This document shows positions 59,701-64,000 of a stretch of DNA of 64,000 bases, in pieces (within the stretch, counting starts at the first letter, position 1; every line of letters begins with the position of its first letter). The DNA comes from Macrostomum lignano (taxonomy: Eukaryota): the NCBI GenBank assembly GCA_002269645.1, contig NIVC01000353.1, positions 124,001 to 188,000 on the forward strand, written 5' to 3'. The notes beneath the pieces are model-generated. The model saw only the letters and a list, made by a program, of their open reading frames with translations, did not search any database and was not told the DNA's origin. The position numbers and the translations under genes are program-made.

Positions 59701-62499
59701 TTGCTAGTCTAATACCTAAGAACAGTATAATACAATCTTTAATGACATCTTTTTGCTACAAAAAAATCAAACAATTATATTACTTCTACAAAAAATGAAT
59801 CATCTTTTAAAGTTTAACATCAATAATATTTAGCAATTTTGAAAAGTTACTTTAGAAATGAAAAGCATATTTAAATTCAATATAGGTCATATGAATTGAT
59901 AGCTATAATCCACATTAGCAAAAGCCTACTTTATGAGAAAGCAATTAAAATATATTGGCAAAAAGATATTTTGGAAAGAAACTTGACCTATTGGGCAAAT
60001 ACATTTCAGTTTAATGGCCTTTAATGATAGCTTATAAGTATATGGCAAATGATTAATATTAGCTTAATGTATGATCTCTAAAATTGCATAGGCTATATAA
60101 CTTACACTTTGAACTTTTGACTAAAAATACCCACTGGGAAAGGGAACATCGAAACAACGTTGAAATGACATCAAGATCTCGATTTCATGTTGTTTTTTTA
60201 AAAATGAAAATGGGATTGGAAAAATGATTTATTATTGCATAATTGTCCTTTTTAGCCTGATTGCAGCGCATGGGCATTTTGGCGGACGGCGTCCGGCGCG
60301 GATCAGCCTGCGCGGCGCAGCATTGGTGGTGGACCAGGGGTAAGTCGCAAAAATGCCACCCCATAGAATACGGGCGTAGTACTAATTAGATGCCGAGGCA
60401 TTTAGGCTTGATAAGACAGTCATAGTTACTCCTGCCGTTTACCCAAAACTGCGTTAATTTTGCTTTAGGGTTTCTTTTACAGGTAAGTCATTTCACAGCG
60501 TGGCGCAGGTTGTGTAGGCGTCTGGCGTACTTAAGCCATGCGCTGCAATAGCGCTTTTTAGCCTTTTTTATATTTATTTGGCTTAAATTGGGTATTTTTT
60601 CCATGTTGTAAGTAAGTTGTTTTGTACGACATCAAAGTATTTTGTCATATCAATGTCATAATGACATGATTTTTTGCAATTGAACCCATATCCAAAACAT
60701 AACATACTGACATTGTTAAAACAACATGGGTTACACACAGCATCACAGTTCTCCATTCCAGTTCAAAATCAAATTGCTATTTCAGGTCATGCTTTAGTCA
60801 AGAAACTATTCTTAGCAGGCTGAGGAATTTTACTTGTTAGATCTGTATTAAATGTATTAGTTGTGCAACTCAGATACTTCATACATAGGCCTACAGGCTA
60901 TAGTTACAAGCCAATTCAGTTTACAGTAGATATGATCATGCTTCATGTACATGGTTCTATTAGTAATTTTTTCAAACATGTGCATGTCATCTTAAATCTA
61001 ATTTCATATCATGATCAAATATCAAAGAATTGAAATCAATCTTTTTATCCCTAATTAATTGAAATTTTAATGATTTACCTTATCAGTTTTGTCCATGCTA
61101 GGCCCTACTACAATTTAAATATAGACTAATAATACTTATGCTAATGCTAACCAATATCTAATTTTAATAAATCAGCAAATCAATTTAAGTGCTATATCTA
61201 ATTGGTGTAAAGACTAAGTAGACACAGGACGGGCATAGCCGAGGGGAAGGGGACACTGGGGACATGTCCCCCCTGGAAGGCAAATTTTTTTATTGCCTTT
61301 GTATTTTGCTTTTATTGCTAACATTGGAAATAGATTTATGGTCTGTCCCCCTCCCTGATGTGAATCCTGGCTATGTGCCTATAAGTAGGCCTAGGCCTAT
61401 AATATTGACCTAAAAATATGCTTGGCAATTAGGCATATAATATCTAGCATATTACAATGATAGTGCCATCATCCCATGGTAAATTTGTGTACTATTATGT
61501 TTGCATATAGTGTAGCTATGTCAAGCATATTTTTTGGTCTTGGAATCTTTTAGCATAAATGATATACATATAATTTATAATTATATTGTAAGATTCAAAG
61601 TAGGATGTTGAATATATTAAAGTAAAACCAAGATCTATCTTATAAAAAAGTATTAAACTACTATATATATTATCTTTTCAACTAATAGCATATTTATAAT
61701 CTATATCATAACCAACAAAGTAGAGAAATAAAATTTGCTTTTATTTATGCTTTTATTGATAGGCATAGACTATAGATATAGTTTTAGCTGCTTCCTTTTT
61801 GCATTCCCTTTTAAGTCATAATATTAGGGCCTAGTCACTATTTTTAATATATAGATATAGGAGTTGATTTATAATTTTATATCTAGTACATTTTTGCAAG
61901 CTAGAAAATTTGTAAAATAGGCATTATTAAATATAAAAACAGATCTACAACTATTTGTCTACTACTAGACTATTTGTTTGTTATAATTAAATGGCCAGTA
62001 GACTATTTGTCTGCAAGTATTTAATAGTATGCCTAGATAATAATTGATAAATAAGATTGACCTTTTGGGGAATTGAAATGATAATTACTAATTACTACCT
62101 AATTATAATTTATGCTATATAATATAATATACTATTCTTTTTTTAAAATAGAAAGAGATTTCAATAGAAAAGTTGCCTAAATAAAAGCTTATGCTTATTG
62201 AGTGCAAGCAACTAATTAGGTCTAATAGTTCAACTTTTTATCTAGACTTCTTGCAAGATTTCAATGGTGAAAATATGCAACTATATTAATTTAGTGATAG
62301 CTTTAAAAGAAAGCTTTTAGCCTCTTAGATTCCTCTTTCAACAACTTTTTTATTGTGATCTGTTAAGTTTTTTATTAGGCTTATATTTAAATAATTATTT
62401 TTTTACATGAAAACAAAATTAGATTATCAAAGTAAACTATATGACTCTAAATACTAAGCCTATAAGCCTATAAGTCCAGACTTGACTTCTTCATCGAGT

Positions 62500-63695
62500 C
62501 CTCGCGTGCATCTGCTGCAAACTCATCACGTGCATCTGCTGCAAACTTGTCGTCACGTGCATCTGCTGCAAACTTGTCACATGCATCTATTGCGCACTGC
62601 TCTGCAGGCAATACTGGTCAACAGTCTCCCATCTTTCAAAGCAGGAGGCTGATCGAGCTCCCTCCAATCACAGAGTGCGTGGCCCCACTTCCGCCAATGA
62701 CTGTGCACTAAAATGCTCCAACTGCTGTTCGTAACCCTGAACAACCAGTCCCTGCCACAAATGGGCGATTTGCTAATGATGTGTAGCCGTACATTAATGC
62801 CCTACAGAGTCACGGCATCAATGTATTCTCAACTGAGGGTCAGATCTATCTGCTGCTCCTTCTCATGAGCAAGGTGGCTAAGCTCCGTTCCCAATTGGCA
62901 GATGTCCAGGGCAACAGGCGGACTGACCAGGGCGGCAATGTGTCAAGGCTGCCAATACCCGGCATTCCAATAGATAGCTTGGCTGCCTACGCTGACTTAA
63001 AGGCTCGTCTTGTTGACCCAGAATTTAAATCTGACATGGTGAGTGATACCAATTATACTTTCCAATGCCAGCATATGCCATTTGTATCTAAAGTCATGTT
63101 TTTTACTCCATCATGTTTGTCAATGTCGCTTATTATTTCACTTCCCATACATATCCAACAACAGTACTATCAGACAAGTTTTAGATTTTAATTTATCCTA
63201 AAAGATATTTTGCATTTTAGGTACGTCACTTGCGACACCTTGGAGGCTCGTCTTGTGACTGCAAGGTCACAAGAATGCTTGACGCTCTATTAACGGCGGA
63301 ATTCTAGACCATGTGCAATAGAACTGGTTGGGATTACCAAGTGAAGGGCTGACCTACTGGGGGCACAAAGGTCAGCATTTTTGAATGCATTGAGCCGTTG
63401 ATCATTGGTGAGTAGTTAGCCTTTTATAGTCCCACTAATCTACTTTATGAATGATAATTTTTCATGTATTACAATGTCGTTTTGGTAAAGTATACACTTT
63501 TAAACATAAATTTGAAAAGAAAAGACATTTGGTAGGAAAAAAGTCGTATACAGACAGTCCTTTTAAATATCTCTCTACTTTTCAGACGCAATGTCAAGTA
63601 CCCAAATGACAGACGCAGTTGTCGGGGCCCACATTGGTCAATACCTGCAAGATGCGAATCAGCGACTAGGGAGGAGGATTGAAGTTGAACAGTGA
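62500..63695 (+). pseudogene. DUF4806-like spliced pseudogene (probably transposon-associated)
   Basis: An exon ending at 63038, then exons 63221-63407 and 63586-63695, give ...KARLVDPEFKSDM-VRHLRHLGGSSCDCKVTRMLDALLTAEF*TMCNRTG...K..IF...-...HIGQYLQDANQRLGRR*, resembling the DUF4806 LGG...il..l...nxtG..K..F...wL.xA.xR pattern. In-frame stops at 62784, 63305 and 63350. Confidence 0.55.
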
Positions 63696-64000
63696 CAATG
63701 ACAAAACAACACCTGCGCACTGCTTATTCCCCTCATTGGATCTGGTCCAAAATCCTTTATAGGGTCAGACCTACTTTATATGATAGCCGACATGATACCG
63801 ATACACCCTCTGACCATTGCTTCTTAAAGCCGCCATACCCAGGTACCATACTCCTCCAGTGATAGATCCTCTTCAACCACAAATCCTCATGCTCCCAAGT
63901 CCCAGATATTGCAGTTGTCATGCCCAAATTACTTTCCAATGTGATTCTTTCCACTTCAAAGATACGCGTGTTACTCCTGTTCTCAATATTAATATCCTGT

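Noticed and set aside
63757-63954. 65-aa minus-strand ORF as a gene
   Set aside because: It has no recognisable motif and is truncated by the window edge, so it cannot be supported alone.

Overview
Eukaryotic (animal) genomic DNA with GT-AG introns and many tandem repeats. The style (polyQ-rich exons, minisatellite-filled introns, TTAGGG tract, WSC and PIWI paralogues) suggests an invertebrate such as a macrostomid flatworm, but this is unverified inference. Genes reconstructed by hand: two tandem WSC-domain units (-, 3.4-5.0 kb); a divergent 8-exon PIWI-clade Argonaute (-, 8872-16934) with an intact DEDH tetrad but a duplicated glutamate-finger segment and an apparent 2-nt frameshift in the MID domain; a Band 4.1/EPB41-type FERM gene with a long low-complexity N-terminus (+, 22085-28790); an intact MTA-family NuRD subunit (+, 32498-39415); an orphan ~5-TM protein downstream of a perfect RFX X-box (+, 42104-44665); a signal-peptide/TPR/single-TM protein (-, 47831-50474); and a DUF4806-like pseudogene (+, ~62.5-63.7 kb). 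Mobile DNA includes an RTE-like LINE endonuclease ORF running off the left edge, an internally deleted mariner, a Gypsy gag-protease relic, a LINE 3' zinc-knuckle relic, two copies of a tRNA-derived SINE, several MITEs/foldbacks (two with exact 8-bp TSDs) and a hammerhead-ribozyme-like motif. A ~7 kb satellite of ~23-bp units with ~1.5 kb higher-order structure occupies 51.6-58.6 kb. Most long ORFs in the supplied track are artefacts of tandem repeats. All exon boundaries are manual predictions from splice consensus plus protein-motif continuity.
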